64,000 nt of DNA, from assembly GCA_902763805.1 (NCBI GenBank), contig CACWTN010000007.1:59315-123314 (forward strand). Reading direction: 5' to 3'. This document shows, piece after piece, positions 1-9,991 of the stretch. The notes under the pieces are model-generated. The model was not told the DNA's origin. It searched no databases and was given only the letters and a program-made list of their open reading frames with translations. Position 1 is the first letter of the stretch. Every line of letters starts with the position of its first letter. This DNA comes from an uncultured bacterium. GTDB lineage: Bacteria > Cyanobacteriota > Vampirovibrionia > Gastranaerophilales > Gastranaerophilaceae. The position numbers were made by a program, and so were the translations under genes.

Positions 1-23
1 GGGTTTTACTTTTAATACTCGCT

Positions 24-1193
24 CTAAAAGTAGTAATTTTTTAATTCCGTATAACCTGGATAAATGGAATTCGGCTTTGTCTTATCCTCAAAATTAAGCT
101 GTATACCTGTTTGTACGGTCAATTCCGATGGCTCATTTCCGTATATTACCCTCGTAGGTCTTACAGCATAAACACTTCCGTCTATATCAATTCTTTTTGA
201 CGCATTATTTAAAAGATTTTCACGCTGTTCTTCCGGCGTAAGATTTTTCCAGGCCTCAATATTTTCAGCCAAATCTCTGTTTTGTTTATATATCGTTTCC
301 TTTGGAAAGAATTTCTGTCCCCGTCCTTTTGGCTCTATCCAGTGTAATTTGTGAATTTTTGTCACCACCTCAGGTTTAAGTTCGGGGAATCCTTCCAGCT
401 TTGAACCACTTATTATTTGAAGTTCCTGATAAATTTTATTATATAAATCTTTTGCAACACTTAAATCAAAACCTTTATTTCCGTCTTTAGCATGTTTAAA
501 ATCAATGCTCGCTTTATTCATTCTGAACAAATCAAGGAATACGAAAAGAGTTCTGGCTGTTCTATGCACGTAATCGTCAACCTCCATAAACGGATTTACT
601 GAAATTTTTACCTCCTTTACGGAATCTGGTTGTCTTTTTATCATTTTTACCAGACTTTTTGCAGTATTATATGAATACATATTTGCAGCAGAACCTTTTT
701 CTCCCCAGCCTGATATTTTAAAAACAGTCGGAATCCCAAGATGATTATATATAAGCTTCATCGCTTCGGTTACTTTATGTTTTTTCTTTTTTCCTTTAAT
801 TGCAATATCTATCGGATTTGAGTCTTCCGTAATATTAAGAAATTTATTTCCGTTTAAAACATCAAACCCCAATCTTTCATTTAATACCTTAAAACCAAAA
901 ACCAAATTTTTTAAATCTTCCCACCAGATACTTTCCCTTCCTCTTACCGGAGCAAGCGAGCTTGAAGGACAGTGTAAACAGCCCCAGCGGCAGCCTCTGA
1001 AAAGATTTAACATATCTAAATTTTTTGTAAGAAATGCTATATCAGGCATTTTTACGCCATTAAAAACCGGCAAATCTTTCTGAAAACTTTCCAGCATTTT
1101 TGAGTCCATCTTTGTCAACGGAAATTCTGACGTTTTCAACGAAGACGGTACTTTTGAAATATATTTGCGCGCAGTAATTGATAAATAACTCAT
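24..1193 (-). CDS. Radical-SAM-like protein of an uncharacterised family (paralog of 45485..46849)
   Basis: 389-aa ORF. 'FRGCRWGCLHC' is a CX3CX2C cluster motif. It is collinear with ORF 45485..46849: IAFLTKNLDMLNLFRGCRWGCLHC vs IAFALTDLHSINMIRGCINHCLHC, ISGWGEKG vs DTNGWDRND, KISVNPF vs NISLNPF. Confidence 0.45.
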   Translation of the reverse strand: MSYLSITARKYISKVPSSLKTSEFPLTKMDSKMLESFQKDLPVFNGVKMPDIAFLTKNLDMLNLFRGCRWGCLHCPSSSLAPVRGRESIWWEDLKNLVFGFKVLNERLGFDVLNGNKFLNITEDSNPIDIAIKGKKKKHKVTEAMKLIYNHLGIPTVFKISGWGEKGSAANMYSYNTAKSLVKMIKRQPDSVKEVKISVNPFMEVDDYVHRTARTLFVFLDLFRMNKASIDFKHAKDGNKGFDLSVAKDLYNKIYQELQIISGSKLEGFPELKPEVVTKIHKLHWIEPKGRGQKFFPKETIYKQNRDLAENIEAWKNLTPEEQRENLLNNASKRIDIDGSVYAVRPTRVIYGNEPSELTVQTGIQLNFEDKTKPNSIYPGYTELKNYYF

Positions 1194-1242
1194 ATAAATA
1201 TTATAAAACAGCTAAAAAAATTTGTTGCTATATTATCAGCAA

Positions 1243-1704
1243 TTATATTCCCAGACTTTTGTAGTATTTGTAATCGCTCATAATTCTGTTTACAAATTTT
1301 TGTGAATGTTTGGGAATACTGTTATTGTTTCTTCTGACCGCTTCAGGGCCTGCATTAAATGCGGCAACAGCAAGCTCCATTGAACCGAAACGCTCATACA
1401 TGTTTTTGTAATAAGTTATTCCGCCTTTGATATTGTCATCCAATTTATACGGATCCAGTCCCATGTGTTTTGCGGCTGAATGAGAAAGCTGAAATACCCC
1501 TATATGTCCGTATCCGCTTCTTGCCGCCTGATTAAACCCCGATTCCGTTTTTGCAATACTCAAAACAATAGCAGGCTCAACTCCCATTGATTTAGCCTGA
1601 TTAATAATATTTTGCTTAACCTCTTCTGTCGTACCCGCAAATACATTACAGGTAATCAGACAAAACACAGCTAACGATAATAAACCCCTTAAAAATATTC
1701 TCAT
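1243..1704 (-). CDS. Secreted lytic transglycosylase (SLT domain)
   Basis: SLT catalytic block 'AKTESGFNQ', then 'GVFQLS' and 'AAFNAGP'. A signal peptide (MRIFLRGLLSLAVFCLITCNVFAG) appears if translation starts at the internal Met at 1704. The ORF stays open to 1734. Confidence 0.8.
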   Translation of the reverse strand: MRIFLRGLLSLAVFCLITCNVFAGTTEEVKQNIINQAKSMGVEPAIVLSIAKTESGFNQAARSGYGHIGVFQLSHSAAKHMGLDPYKLDDNIKGGITYYKNMYERFGSMELAVAAFNAGPEAVRRNNNSIPKHSQKFVNRIMSDYKYYKSLGI

Positions 1705-1852
1705 ATAAAAAATCCGTTCACTCTCTCTAAACAATATACCTATAATATCATAAACTCTCTGATTATAAAACCTCTGAACGGCTAATCTGTAAAAAATCGT
1801 TTCTCTGTTTATGCTATAGTATTACTGTTCTACAGATTAAAAGAGGAACTTT

Positions 1853-2842
1853 ATGATAGATTGCTTATCAAATCCCGAATGGATTAACCCGCAGATAAAT
1901 TTTCTGCTTTTCTTACAAAACCTGAGAATAGGTCATTTTGAATGTTTTGACAAATTCTTTTTATCAATAACCATATTCGGAGAGTTTTGGCTTCCGACAC
2001 TAATCTGTGCAATCACATACTGGTGTATCGATTTCAGAGCGGGAATATATTTGTTTTCGCTTGAGGGAATAAACGTTATATTTGCTCATCTTTTAAAAAT
2101 GATAGCCTGCGTTTACCGTCCCTGGGTACTGAGCAACGAAATACAACCGTCAGAGCTTGCCGTTCCGTTTGCAAAAGGTTATTCATGCCCGAGCGGACAT
2201 TCTGCAATGAGTTCTTCTGTGGTAGGCGGAACTGCATATCTTTTAAGAAAAAAGAAGCTCATCTGCGCACTTCTTATTTGTCTGATACTTCTTATCGGAT
2301 TTTCAAGAATGTGGCTAGGCGTTCATACTCCGCAGGATGTTTTATTCGGACTTACTATAGGTCTTGTTCTTATTTTTGCCGTCAATAAAATTATTGACTG
2401 GGCAGAAAATAACACTGACAGATATTTGCATCTTGCAGGTATTATAAATATTTTTGCAATTCTTGCTTTAATTTATATCAAATATTTTAATAGCTACAGA
2501 ATCAATTATGCTGACGGAGAACTCCTTGTAAATCCTCAAAAATCGATTTACGTAACTTTTGCTGTTTATGCTTTTGTTCTCGGTCTTTTAAACGGCTGTT
2601 TTATCTGCAGAAAATATTTCCCGTTTAACCCTAAAGAAGCACCGTTAAAAAACCGTATTCTAAGAGGTATTGTCGGAGGAGCGGGAATAATTGCAATTCT
2701 CAAGTTTATAGTTGCCTACATAATTATGAACGGATTAAGTCTTACGACCGCCTGCCCTGTTATGTTCGCCACAGGTATTTTTATAACCCTTATTTACCCG
2801 ATTATTTTCACAAAAATTGAGAAATTTTCACAGAATAAATAG
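1853..2842 (+). CDS. PAP2-family integral membrane phosphatase (lipid/undecaprenyl-diphosphate phosphatase-like)
   Basis: PAP2 signature blocks 'KMIACVYRPW' (KxxxxxxRP), 'PSGHSAMS' (PSGH) and 'SRMWLGVHTPQDV' (SRxxxxxHxxxD). Many hydrophobic helices. Confidence 0.8.
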   Translation: MIDCLSNPEWINPQINFLLFLQNLRIGHFECFDKFFLSITIFGEFWLPTLICAITYWCIDFRAGIYLFSLEGINVIFAHLLKMIACVYRPWVLSNEIQPSELAVPFAKGYSCPSGHSAMSSSVVGGTAYLLRKKKLICALLICLILLIGFSRMWLGVHTPQDVLFGLTIGLVLIFAVNKIIDWAENNTDRYLHLAGIINIFAILALIYIKYFNSYRINYADGELLVNPQKSIYVTFAVYAFVLGLLNGCFICRKYFPFNPKEAPLKNRILRGIVGGAGIIAILKFIVAYIIMNGLSLTTACPVMFATGIFITLIYPIIFTKIEKFSQNK

Positions 2843-2966
2843 TGACTGTTCGTCACGATTTAAAAGGGTTTAAATCCTATATAAGGTGGGTTGTCACGAT
2901 TCTTTCTTCATGATATCATTTTTATTGTGTTTAATTATATAAATACTGGAATGTAGGAGAAAATAA

Positions 2967-3467
2967 ATGACTGAAACAACACAAGAGAGAATTGATTTCA
3001 AGGTCATTGACGACATTTTGAAATCATTTGAGTACAAAAAATCGTACTTAATTGCTATGTTGCAGAAGGTTCAGGAAGTTTACAGATATCTCCCCGAAGA
3101 AGCTATGACTTATATCGGAGAGCATATTGACGGACTTTCACCGGCTACCGTTTATGGTGTTGCAACCTTCTATGCACAGTTTTCACTGGAACCTAAGGGT
3201 AAATATGAAATCAGAGTTTGCGACGGTACAGCATGCCACGTTCGTGGTTCAATGCCTGTATTAAACGCAATCAAAAACAAATTGAAACTTAAAGAAGGAC
3301 AAAAAACTTGTGACAACGGTTTGTTCTCATTAGAAATTGTAAGTTGTCTTGGTGCTTGTGGTCTTGCACCTGTCTGCATGATTAATGATAAGGTTTATCC
3401 GCAAATGACCTCTGACGCAATAAGCGTTATTCTTGATACACTTATGAAAGAGGAGGGAATTGCATAA
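2967..3467 (+). CDS. hydC: [FeFe]-hydrogenase NuoE-like [2Fe-2S] subunit
   Basis: Thioredoxin-like ferredoxin Cys pattern 'RVCDGTACHVRG' ... 'SCLGACGLAP'. AGGAG RBS upstream. The stop overlaps the next start (TAATG at 3465-3469). Confidence 0.88.
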   Translation: MTETTQERIDFKVIDDILKSFEYKKSYLIAMLQKVQEVYRYLPEEAMTYIGEHIDGLSPATVYGVATFYAQFSLEPKGKYEIRVCDGTACHVRGSMPVLNAIKNKLKLKEGQKTCDNGLFSLEIVSCLGACGLAPVCMINDKVYPQMTSDAISVILDTLMKEEGIA

Positions 3468-5320
3468 TGGCTTTAAATATTGATATTAAACAAGAGCAGG
3501 CTAATGCTCAGCAACATATTAAAGAACAGGGATTAAGAGTTCTTGTTTGCGCAGGTACAGGCTGTGTTGCAAACGGTTCTCTTAAAGTTATAGAAAAATT
3601 CAGAGAGTTGGGCGCTAACGTTTCAACTCTTTCTGATTATGACAAAATGACCATTGTTCCGACAGGCTGCCACGGGTTCTGCGAACAGGGCGTTTTGGTT
3701 ATCATCCCTGACAAACACGTTACTTACATAAAAGTTCACGTTGAAGACGTTGAAGAAATTTTTGAAAGCCACATCAAAGGCGGACAACCTGTTGAAAGAC
3801 TTTTATACAAAGACCCGAAAACAGGCGAAGCAGTTCACAGAAATGATGATATTAACTTCTACGCTAAACAAACCCGTACAGCTCTTAAAAACTGCGGTAA
3901 GATTAACGCCGAATCAATTGATGAAGCTATCGCAGTAAGAGGATACGAAGCTTTGGCAAAAGTTATTGAAGAAAATAATCCTGACGGAGTTATTGATACA
4001 ATTACAAAATCAGGTTTAAGAGGCCGCGGAGGCGGAGGTTTCCCAACAGGTATGAAGTGGAAATTCACTGCAGCTAACAGAGGCGGAAAATCTTATGTAG
4101 TTTGTAACGGTGACGAAGGTGACCCGGGTGCATTCATGGACAGAAGTGTTATGGAAGGTGACCCGCACAAACTTCTTGAAGGTATGGCTATTGCAGGTTT
4201 TGCTATCGGTGCAGATGAAGCATACATCTACGTTCGTGCAGAATATCCGCTTGCCATAAAACGTTTGAGAAAAGCTATCGCTGATGCGGAAGAAAGACAC
4301 TACTTAGGTCAAAACATCTTAGGAAGTGATTTTTCTTTCACTATTCATATTAAAGAAGGCGCAGGCGCATTTGTTTGCGGTGAAGAAACAGCTTTAATCG
4401 CATCAATTGAAGGCGAAAGAGGTATGCCTCGTCCGAAACCGCCATTCCCTGCTAACAAAGGTTTGTTCGGAAGACCTACTTTGATTAACAACGTAGAAAC
4501 TCTTGCTAACGTACCTTTGATTATCTTAAACGGTGCAGAATGGTTCTCATCAATGGGCTGTGAAACATCTAAAGGTACAAAAACATTCGCTCTTACGGGT
4601 GAAGTAAATAACACAGGTCTTATCGAAGTTCCGATGGGTACAACTTTAAGACAAATCATATTTGATATAGGCGGCGGTATCAGAGGCGGTAAAAAATTCA
4701 AAGCCGTACAAATCGGCGGTCCTTCAGGCGGCTGCTTGACAGAAGAACACTTAGACATCTCTATGGATTATGATTCATTAATCAAAGCAGGTGCAATGGT
4801 TGGTTCAGGCGGTCTTGTTGTTATGGCTGAAGATACCTGTATGGTTGAAGTAGCAAGATTCTTCATGAACTTTACAAAGAACGAATCCTGCGGTAAGTGT
4901 GTTCCGTGCCGTGAAGGTACTAAGAATATGCTTAAAATCTTAGAAAAAATCGTTGCAGGTAAAGGTGAAATGGAAGACCTCGACAGACTTGAACAGCTTG
5001 CTCTTACAGTAAAAGACGGTTCGCTCTGCGGTCTTGGTAAAACCGCTCCTAACCCTGTTCTTTCAACTTTGAAATACTTCAAAGATGAATACATTGCTCA
5101 CATTCGTGACCACAAATGTCCGGCAGGCGTTTGTACAGCTATGAAGAAAATCAGTATTGACCCTGAAAAATGTAAAGGCTGTACTAAGTGCGCAAGAACT
5201 TGTCCGGTCGGTGCTATCGAAGGAACAGTTAAAAATCCTCACAAGATTGATCAATCTAAATGTATCAAGTGCGAGGCTTGTTTAAATGCTTGTCCGTTCA
5301 AGGCAATAAGTAAGGAATAG
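3467..5320 (+). CDS. hydB: [FeFe]-hydrogenase NuoF-like flavoprotein subunit (NAD(P)H/FMN, Fe-S)
   Basis: 'GRGGGGFPTGMKW' FMN site and 'ESCGKCVPCREG' cluster motif. N-terminal thioredoxin-like domain. C-terminal 2x[4Fe-4S] ferredoxin domain ('CKGCTKCARTCP', 'CIKCEACLNACP'). Confidence 0.9.
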   Translation: MALNIDIKQEQANAQQHIKEQGLRVLVCAGTGCVANGSLKVIEKFRELGANVSTLSDYDKMTIVPTGCHGFCEQGVLVIIPDKHVTYIKVHVEDVEEIFESHIKGGQPVERLLYKDPKTGEAVHRNDDINFYAKQTRTALKNCGKINAESIDEAIAVRGYEALAKVIEENNPDGVIDTITKSGLRGRGGGGFPTGMKWKFTAANRGGKSYVVCNGDEGDPGAFMDRSVMEGDPHKLLEGMAIAGFAIGADEAYIYVRAEYPLAIKRLRKAIADAEERHYLGQNILGSDFSFTIHIKEGAGAFVCGEETALIASIEGERGMPRPKPPFPANKGLFGRPTLINNVETLANVPLIILNGAEWFSSMGCETSKGTKTFALTGEVNNTGLIEVPMGTTLRQIIFDIGGGIRGGKKFKAVQIGGPSGGCLTEEHLDISMDYDSLIKAGAMVGSGGLVVMAEDTCMVEVARFFMNFTKNESCGKCVPCREGTKNMLKILEKIVAGKGEMEDLDRLEQLALTVKDGSLCGLGKTAPNPVLSTLKYFKDEYIAHIRDHKCPAGVCTAMKKISIDPEKCKGCTKCARTCPVGAIEGTVKNPHKIDQSKCIKCEACLNACPFKAISKE

Positions 5321-5332
5321 GGGGAAATAGAA

Positions 5333-7114
5333 ATGACAGACGAAAAGAAAACATTAATAATTGAAGGTAAGGAAGTCGAATTTTCTAATGAACCTAACCT
5401 GTTGGAAGTAATTAGAAAAGCAGGCATGAATGTTCCTACATTATGCTACAGACCTGACCTCACATCTTTTGGTGCTTGCAGAATGTGCGTTGTGGAAGTT
5501 GAGTATCCTAACGGAAGAAAAATGATTAACTCATCTTGTACAATGCCTCCTGAAGCAGGTATCAAAGTTCATCTGAATACAGATAAAGTCAGAAAAATCA
5601 GAAAAATGGTGCTTGAACTTCTTCTTGCAAACCACGACAGAGAATGTACTACCTGTGATAAATCAGGTTCATGCGAACTACAGAGATATGCTGAAGAATA
5701 CGGTATCAAACACGTTAAACAATACGCTCAGCGTGAAGTTATGACAAAAATCGATGACAGTTCATGTGCATTGATTCGTGATAACAACAAATGTATTCTC
5801 TGCGGCGCCTGCGTAAGAGCTTGTGACGAACATCAGGGATTACAGGTTCTCGGTTTTGCAAACAGAGGAAGCAAAACTGTTGTTGAACCTATGGCAGGCA
5901 GACCTCTCGGAAGCAGTGAATGTATTAACTGCGGTCAGTGTGCAGCTGTTTGTCCTACAGGTGCTCTAACAATTAACTCAACTCAGGTTGACGAAGTATG
6001 GAAAGCAATTACTAACCCTGAAAAGAAAGTTGTTGCTCAGTTTGCTCCATCCGTTCGTGTTGCAATAGGTGAAATGTTCGGTCTTAAACCGGGTGAAAAC
6101 TCTACCAAAAAGATTAATGCAGCTTTAAGAAGAATTGGTTTTGACCTTGTATTTGATACAAACTTCTCTGCTGACTTAACAATTATGGAAGAAGCACACG
6201 AATTTATCGACAGACTTCAAAACGGTGGTAAATTGCCTCTGTTCACTTCATGCTGTCCGGGCTGGGTTCGTTTCTTGGAAACACAGCACCCTGATATGCT
6301 TGACCACTTATCAAGCTGCAAATCACCTCAGGGTATGTTAGGTGCAATCATAAGAGAATACGTACCGCAAAGCCACGAAGGATTTACTTCCGAAAACCTT
6401 GTAAGCGTATCAATTATGCCTTGTACAGCTAAAAAATATGAAGCAAAACGTGAACAGTTCAAGATGGCAGACGGCAGACAGGAAATTGACTACGTTCTGA
6501 CAACTCAGGAACTCGGCAGAATGATTAAAGAAGCAGGTATCGACTTCAAAACTCTTGAAGGCGAAGAACCAGATTCACCGTTCGGCAAATACACAGGTGC
6601 AGGTACAATCTTCGGTGTATCAGGCGGTGTTGCTGAAGCAGCTGCAAGAACAGCTTACGAAGTTGTAACGGGTGAAACTCTCCAAAACGTTGTAATAGAC
6701 GACATGAGAGGAACTAAACGTGTTAAAACCGTTGAGCTTGACCTTAAAGGAACAAAAATCAAGGTTAAAATCGTTAACACACTCCGTGAAGCAGAAAAAT
6801 GCATGAGAGAAATCAAAGAAGGCAAAGCTGATTACCAACTTCTTGAAGTAATGGCTTGCCCGGGCGGTTGTATCAATGGCGGCGGTCAGCCTCAAAGCTG
6901 CAACGATTCCAACATCAAGGAACTTCGTGCAGAAGGTTTGTACACAGATGACGCAACGGGCGAATGGAGAAAATCTCACGAAAACCCTGAAATCAAGGAA
7001 TTGTACGCTAACCACCTTGAAAAACCAAACTCTCATAAAGCACACGAACTCTTGCATACAACTTATGTAAACAAGAGAACTAATTGCTACATATCAGTAG
7101 GTGAAAATAAATAA
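5333..7114 (+). CDS. hydA: [FeFe]-hydrogenase catalytic subunit
   Basis: H-cluster motifs L1 'FTSCCPGW', L2 'MPCTAKKYE' and L3 'EVMACPGGCINGGGQP'. N-terminal 2Fe-2S and multiple 4Fe-4S Cys clusters. Confidence 0.93.
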   Translation: MTDEKKTLIIEGKEVEFSNEPNLLEVIRKAGMNVPTLCYRPDLTSFGACRMCVVEVEYPNGRKMINSSCTMPPEAGIKVHLNTDKVRKIRKMVLELLLANHDRECTTCDKSGSCELQRYAEEYGIKHVKQYAQREVMTKIDDSSCALIRDNNKCILCGACVRACDEHQGLQVLGFANRGSKTVVEPMAGRPLGSSECINCGQCAAVCPTGALTINSTQVDEVWKAITNPEKKVVAQFAPSVRVAIGEMFGLKPGENSTKKINAALRRIGFDLVFDTNFSADLTIMEEAHEFIDRLQNGGKLPLFTSCCPGWVRFLETQHPDMLDHLSSCKSPQGMLGAIIREYVPQSHEGFTSENLVSVSIMPCTAKKYEAKREQFKMADGRQEIDYVLTTQELGRMIKEAGIDFKTLEGEEPDSPFGKYTGAGTIFGVSGGVAEAAARTAYEVVTGETLQNVVIDDMRGTKRVKTVELDLKGTKIKVKIVNTLREAEKCMREIKEGKADYQLLEVMACPGGCINGGGQPQSCNDSNIKELRAEGLYTDDATGEWRKSHENPEIKELYANHLEKPNSHKAHELLHTTYVNKRTNCYISVGENK

Positions 7115-7136
7115 CGAATTTGGTTAACAAAGATAA

Positions 7137-7172
7137 GCGAAGCGGCTGAGGATAAATCCTCAGCCGCTTCGC
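7137..7172. terminator. Bidirectional rho-independent terminator between convergent hydA and infB
   Basis: Perfect 15-bp stem GCGAAGCGGCTGAGG / CCTCAGCCGCTTCGC with a 6-nt loop. It is flanked by A-rich sequence (left) and T-rich sequence (right). Confidence 0.85.
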
Positions 7173-7204
7173 TTTGTGTTTATTTAATATTGCTTATTTA
7201 TATT

Positions 7205-9754
7205 CTATACAAGCTCAGTCTTTTCAACTTCTTCCGTTGTAGTAAATTTAACTATATCGCCTTCTGCAATATCATTAAATTTAACAAATGAAAGACCGCA
7301 TTCAAAGCCTTGTGCAACTTCTTTAACGTCGTCTTTGAAACGTTTAAGCTGGTCAACTGCACCCTTAAAGATTTCTTTTCCGTCACGGTAAATTGTCGCT
7401 GTATCGTTTCTGCTGATTTTACCCTCAGTAACATAACAGCCTGCAATCTTCTGAGTTTTACCGATAGTAAAGATTTGTCTGATTTCAACCTGACCTGTCT
7501 GAATTTCCTTAACATCAGGTGAAAGAAGTGAAATCATCGTATGTTCAATATCTTCAAGTATTTGATAAATAATATCGTATTTCTTAATCGTTACGCCTTC
7601 TTTTTCAGCCGCAGCAAGAGCATTAGCATCTTCCTTAACCGTAAATCCAAGGATTAAAGCATTAGATGCGGATGCTAACATAACATCGGCTTCAGAAATA
7701 TCACCGACACCAACGTGGATAATCTTTGTAACAATTTCTTTTGATTCAAGCTGTGCAATTGCCTGAGAAACAGCTTCTGCCGCACCGTGAGTGTTTGCTT
7801 TGATAATAAGGTTAAGATGCGGAACGTCATCCTCAGCAGCTCCGGCTTCCCTTCTCATGTGAGCAGGAAGCATTGCTTCAAGACGTCTGTCACGTTCTTT
7901 TTCTTTTCTCTTATCAACAATAGCTTTCATTTCTTTTTCGTTCTGAACAACTTCAAAATAGTCACCTGCATTCGGAACTTCCGTCAGACCTAAAATCTCA
8001 ACAGGAGTTGAAGGTTCAGCTTTAACAATTCTTTCGCCTGAGTCAGAGAGTAATGCACGAACTCTGCCGCATGCAGTACCTACAACAACGCAGTTACCGG
8101 CTCTTAACGTACCGTTCTGAACAAGCAGTGTCGCAACAGGACCTTTACCTTTATCAAGGTTTGCTTCAATTACAACACCTGATGCGTTTGCTTTCGGGTT
8201 AGCTTTTAAATCCTGAACATCTGCAACAAGCAATATGTATTCAAGAAGTTCATCAATGCCGTCGCCCATCAAAGCTGAAACGTTAACGGTAATTGTTTCA
8301 CCGCCCCATGCTTCAGGAACAAGTCCGTGTTCGGTCAATTGCTGAAGAACTCTGTCAGGATTAGCTCCCGGCTTATCGCACTTGTTAACCGCAACAATAA
8401 TAGGAACATCCGCAGCCTTTGCGTGGTTAATAGCTTCTATAGTCTGAGGCATTATACCGTCATCAGCAGCAACAACCAGAATTGCAATATCTGTAGCCTT
8501 AGCACCTCTTGCACGCATTTCCGTAAATGCTTCGTGACCCGGAGTATCGACAAATACAATTTTCTTTTCGTGTTTATTATCAAGATAAACCGTATAAGCA
8601 CCGATTGACTGTGTAATACCGCCAACCTCGGTTGCAACAATTTTGTGTTTTGAAGCACGAATACTGTCTAACAGTGTTGTTTTACCGTGGTCAACGTGTC
8701 CCATAATTGAAACAACAGGAGCACGTTTTTTAAGAAGTTTTTTATCAACCTCTGTCAAAGCTTTTTGCTTTTGTTCTTTTTCCATTTCTTCTTCGATAAA
8801 CGCATCAAAGTCTTCTTCAAGAACTTCAAGCTCATATTCTGCGCAGACTTTCTTAATTGTATCCACGTCAATTAACTGATTAACGGTTGCCATGACGCCC
8901 TGGAACATAAGGAACTTAACAATTTCCGCAGGAGTTTTCTGAATTTTATCTGCAAGTTCCTGAATAGTCATAGCCTGATTTACAACCAGTGATTTAACTT
9001 CTTCAACGGCTTCTTCTTTATGCGCTTTCTTTTTATGCTTTTGAGCAGCCGCTTTCTCAAGAGAAATCATTTCCTGGTCTTCTTTTTTAGAGTTAAAATC
9101 CTTGTCCTTCTTCTTTCCGCCGTCATTACGTTTTTTGGAAGAAGGACCGCCTTTTCCTTCGTAAATTTCCTGAGGAATAATTCTTCTTTCTACAAGCTTC
9201 TTGTCACCATTTGGCTTATTGAACGGTTTTCTTTCGCCTTTTTCAAACGGTTTACCGTCTTTGGTTTTTGGTCTGTCTGTTGAAACAGGAGCTTTTCTAA
9301 CAATTTCTATACGGGATTGATTTTTGTATTCAATCTTTGTTCTTTCAATTCTTACCTGCGGTTTCTCAGCTTTTTTGATAACAGGAGCGTCTTCTGTTTT
9401 TGATTCTTCCGCACTCTGTTCTACAACAGGTTCAACCTTTTCTATAACAGCTTTTTTCTGTACTCTCTGGACTCTTTCTATTTGCGGGGCTGCGGACTTT
9501 GTTACCTTTTTTGTTTCTTCTTCCTGCGGGGTTTCCTGAGGAGCTTTGGACTTCTTTACAATAAAAGCTTTAGGTTTGGCATTTGTCTTCTGAACACCAT
9601 ATCCCAAATGTTCTTTGAGTTTGCGAATCTGCTCCGGGGTAACGGTGTTTGAATGAGATTTTACAATAATATCAATCTCTGCAAATTTTTCTATTATTTC
9701 CTTACTTGTTTTCCCTAATTCTTTTGCAAGTTCACTAACTCTTAAGCTGTCCAT
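7205..9754 (-). CDS. infB: Translation initiation factor IF-2
   Basis: G-domain motifs 'GHVDHGKTTLLD', 'DTPGHEAF' and 'NKCDK'. Long Lys/Glu-rich N-terminal region. Length 849 aa. Confidence 0.95.
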   Translation of the reverse strand: MDSLRVSELAKELGKTSKEIIEKFAEIDIIVKSHSNTVTPEQIRKLKEHLGYGVQKTNAKPKAFIVKKSKAPQETPQEEETKKVTKSAAPQIERVQRVQKKAVIEKVEPVVEQSAEESKTEDAPVIKKAEKPQVRIERTKIEYKNQSRIEIVRKAPVSTDRPKTKDGKPFEKGERKPFNKPNGDKKLVERRIIPQEIYEGKGGPSSKKRNDGGKKKDKDFNSKKEDQEMISLEKAAAQKHKKKAHKEEAVEEVKSLVVNQAMTIQELADKIQKTPAEIVKFLMFQGVMATVNQLIDVDTIKKVCAEYELEVLEEDFDAFIEEEMEKEQKQKALTEVDKKLLKKRAPVVSIMGHVDHGKTTLLDSIRASKHKIVATEVGGITQSIGAYTVYLDNKHEKKIVFVDTPGHEAFTEMRARGAKATDIAILVVAADDGIMPQTIEAINHAKAADVPIIVAVNKCDKPGANPDRVLQQLTEHGLVPEAWGGETITVNVSALMGDGIDELLEYILLVADVQDLKANPKANASGVVIEANLDKGKGPVATLLVQNGTLRAGNCVVVGTACGRVRALLSDSGERIVKAEPSTPVEILGLTEVPNAGDYFEVVQNEKEMKAIVDKRKEKERDRRLEAMLPAHMRREAGAAEDDVPHLNLIIKANTHGAAEAVSQAIAQLESKEIVTKIIHVGVGDISEADVMLASASNALILGFTVKEDANALAAAEKEGVTIKKYDIIYQILEDIEHTMISLLSPDVKEIQTGQVEIRQIFTIGKTQKIAGCYVTEGKISRNDTATIYRDGKEIFKGAVDQLKRFKDDVKEVAQGFECGLSFVKFNDIAEGDIVKFTTTEEVEKTELV

Positions 9755-9989
9755 CCAATAGTCCTTTCAAATCCTCGCGAGATATATTTGTTTTAAGGAG
9801 TTTATTAACTCCCTTCTTTAAAGCCGTATTAATACAATTCTCATTATAACAAAGATATACAGATCTGCCAAATGTCTTGGAATTTGGCTGTACGACAACA
9901 TCACCGCTTGTACATTCTTTTGTTATTTTAATCATTTCGCTTCGCGGTTTTATCTCTCCGCAGGCGATACATTTACGTTTATGTTCCAA
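9735..9989 (-). CDS. ylxR: YlxR/DUF448-family RNA-binding protein
   Basis: 84 aa. N-terminal 'RKCIACGE' motif and 'GRSVYLC' block typical of YlxR. It overlaps the infB start by 20 nt, which is the conserved position of this gene. Confidence 0.7.
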   Translation of the reverse strand: MEHKRKCIACGEIKPRSEMIKITKECTSGDVVVQPNSKTFGRSVYLCYNENCINTALKKGVNKLLKTNISREDLKGLLDGQLKS

Positions 9990-9991
9990 TA

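Noticed and set aside
2842-2856. Rex (redox repressor) operator upstream of the hydrogenase operon.
   Set aside because: GTGA-N7-TCAC does not fit the TTGTGAA-N4-TTCACAA (GTGA-N6-TCAC) consensus, and the flanking TT/AA bases are missing. It is kept only as a generic candidate operator.
3170-5254. Multiple 60-140-aa ORFs antisense to, or out of frame within, hydC/hydB (for example 3170..3379, 3859..4068, 4016..4300, 4345..4758, 4768..5094, 5063..5254). Analogous ORFs lie inside hydA, infB, prfA, the polysaccharide genes and fliP/fliQ.
   Set aside because: They lie entirely within strongly supported genes carrying diagnostic motifs. Their composition is low-complexity or Cys/Ser/Phe-biased, as expected for antisense frames of AT-rich DNA. 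They lack RBS signals.
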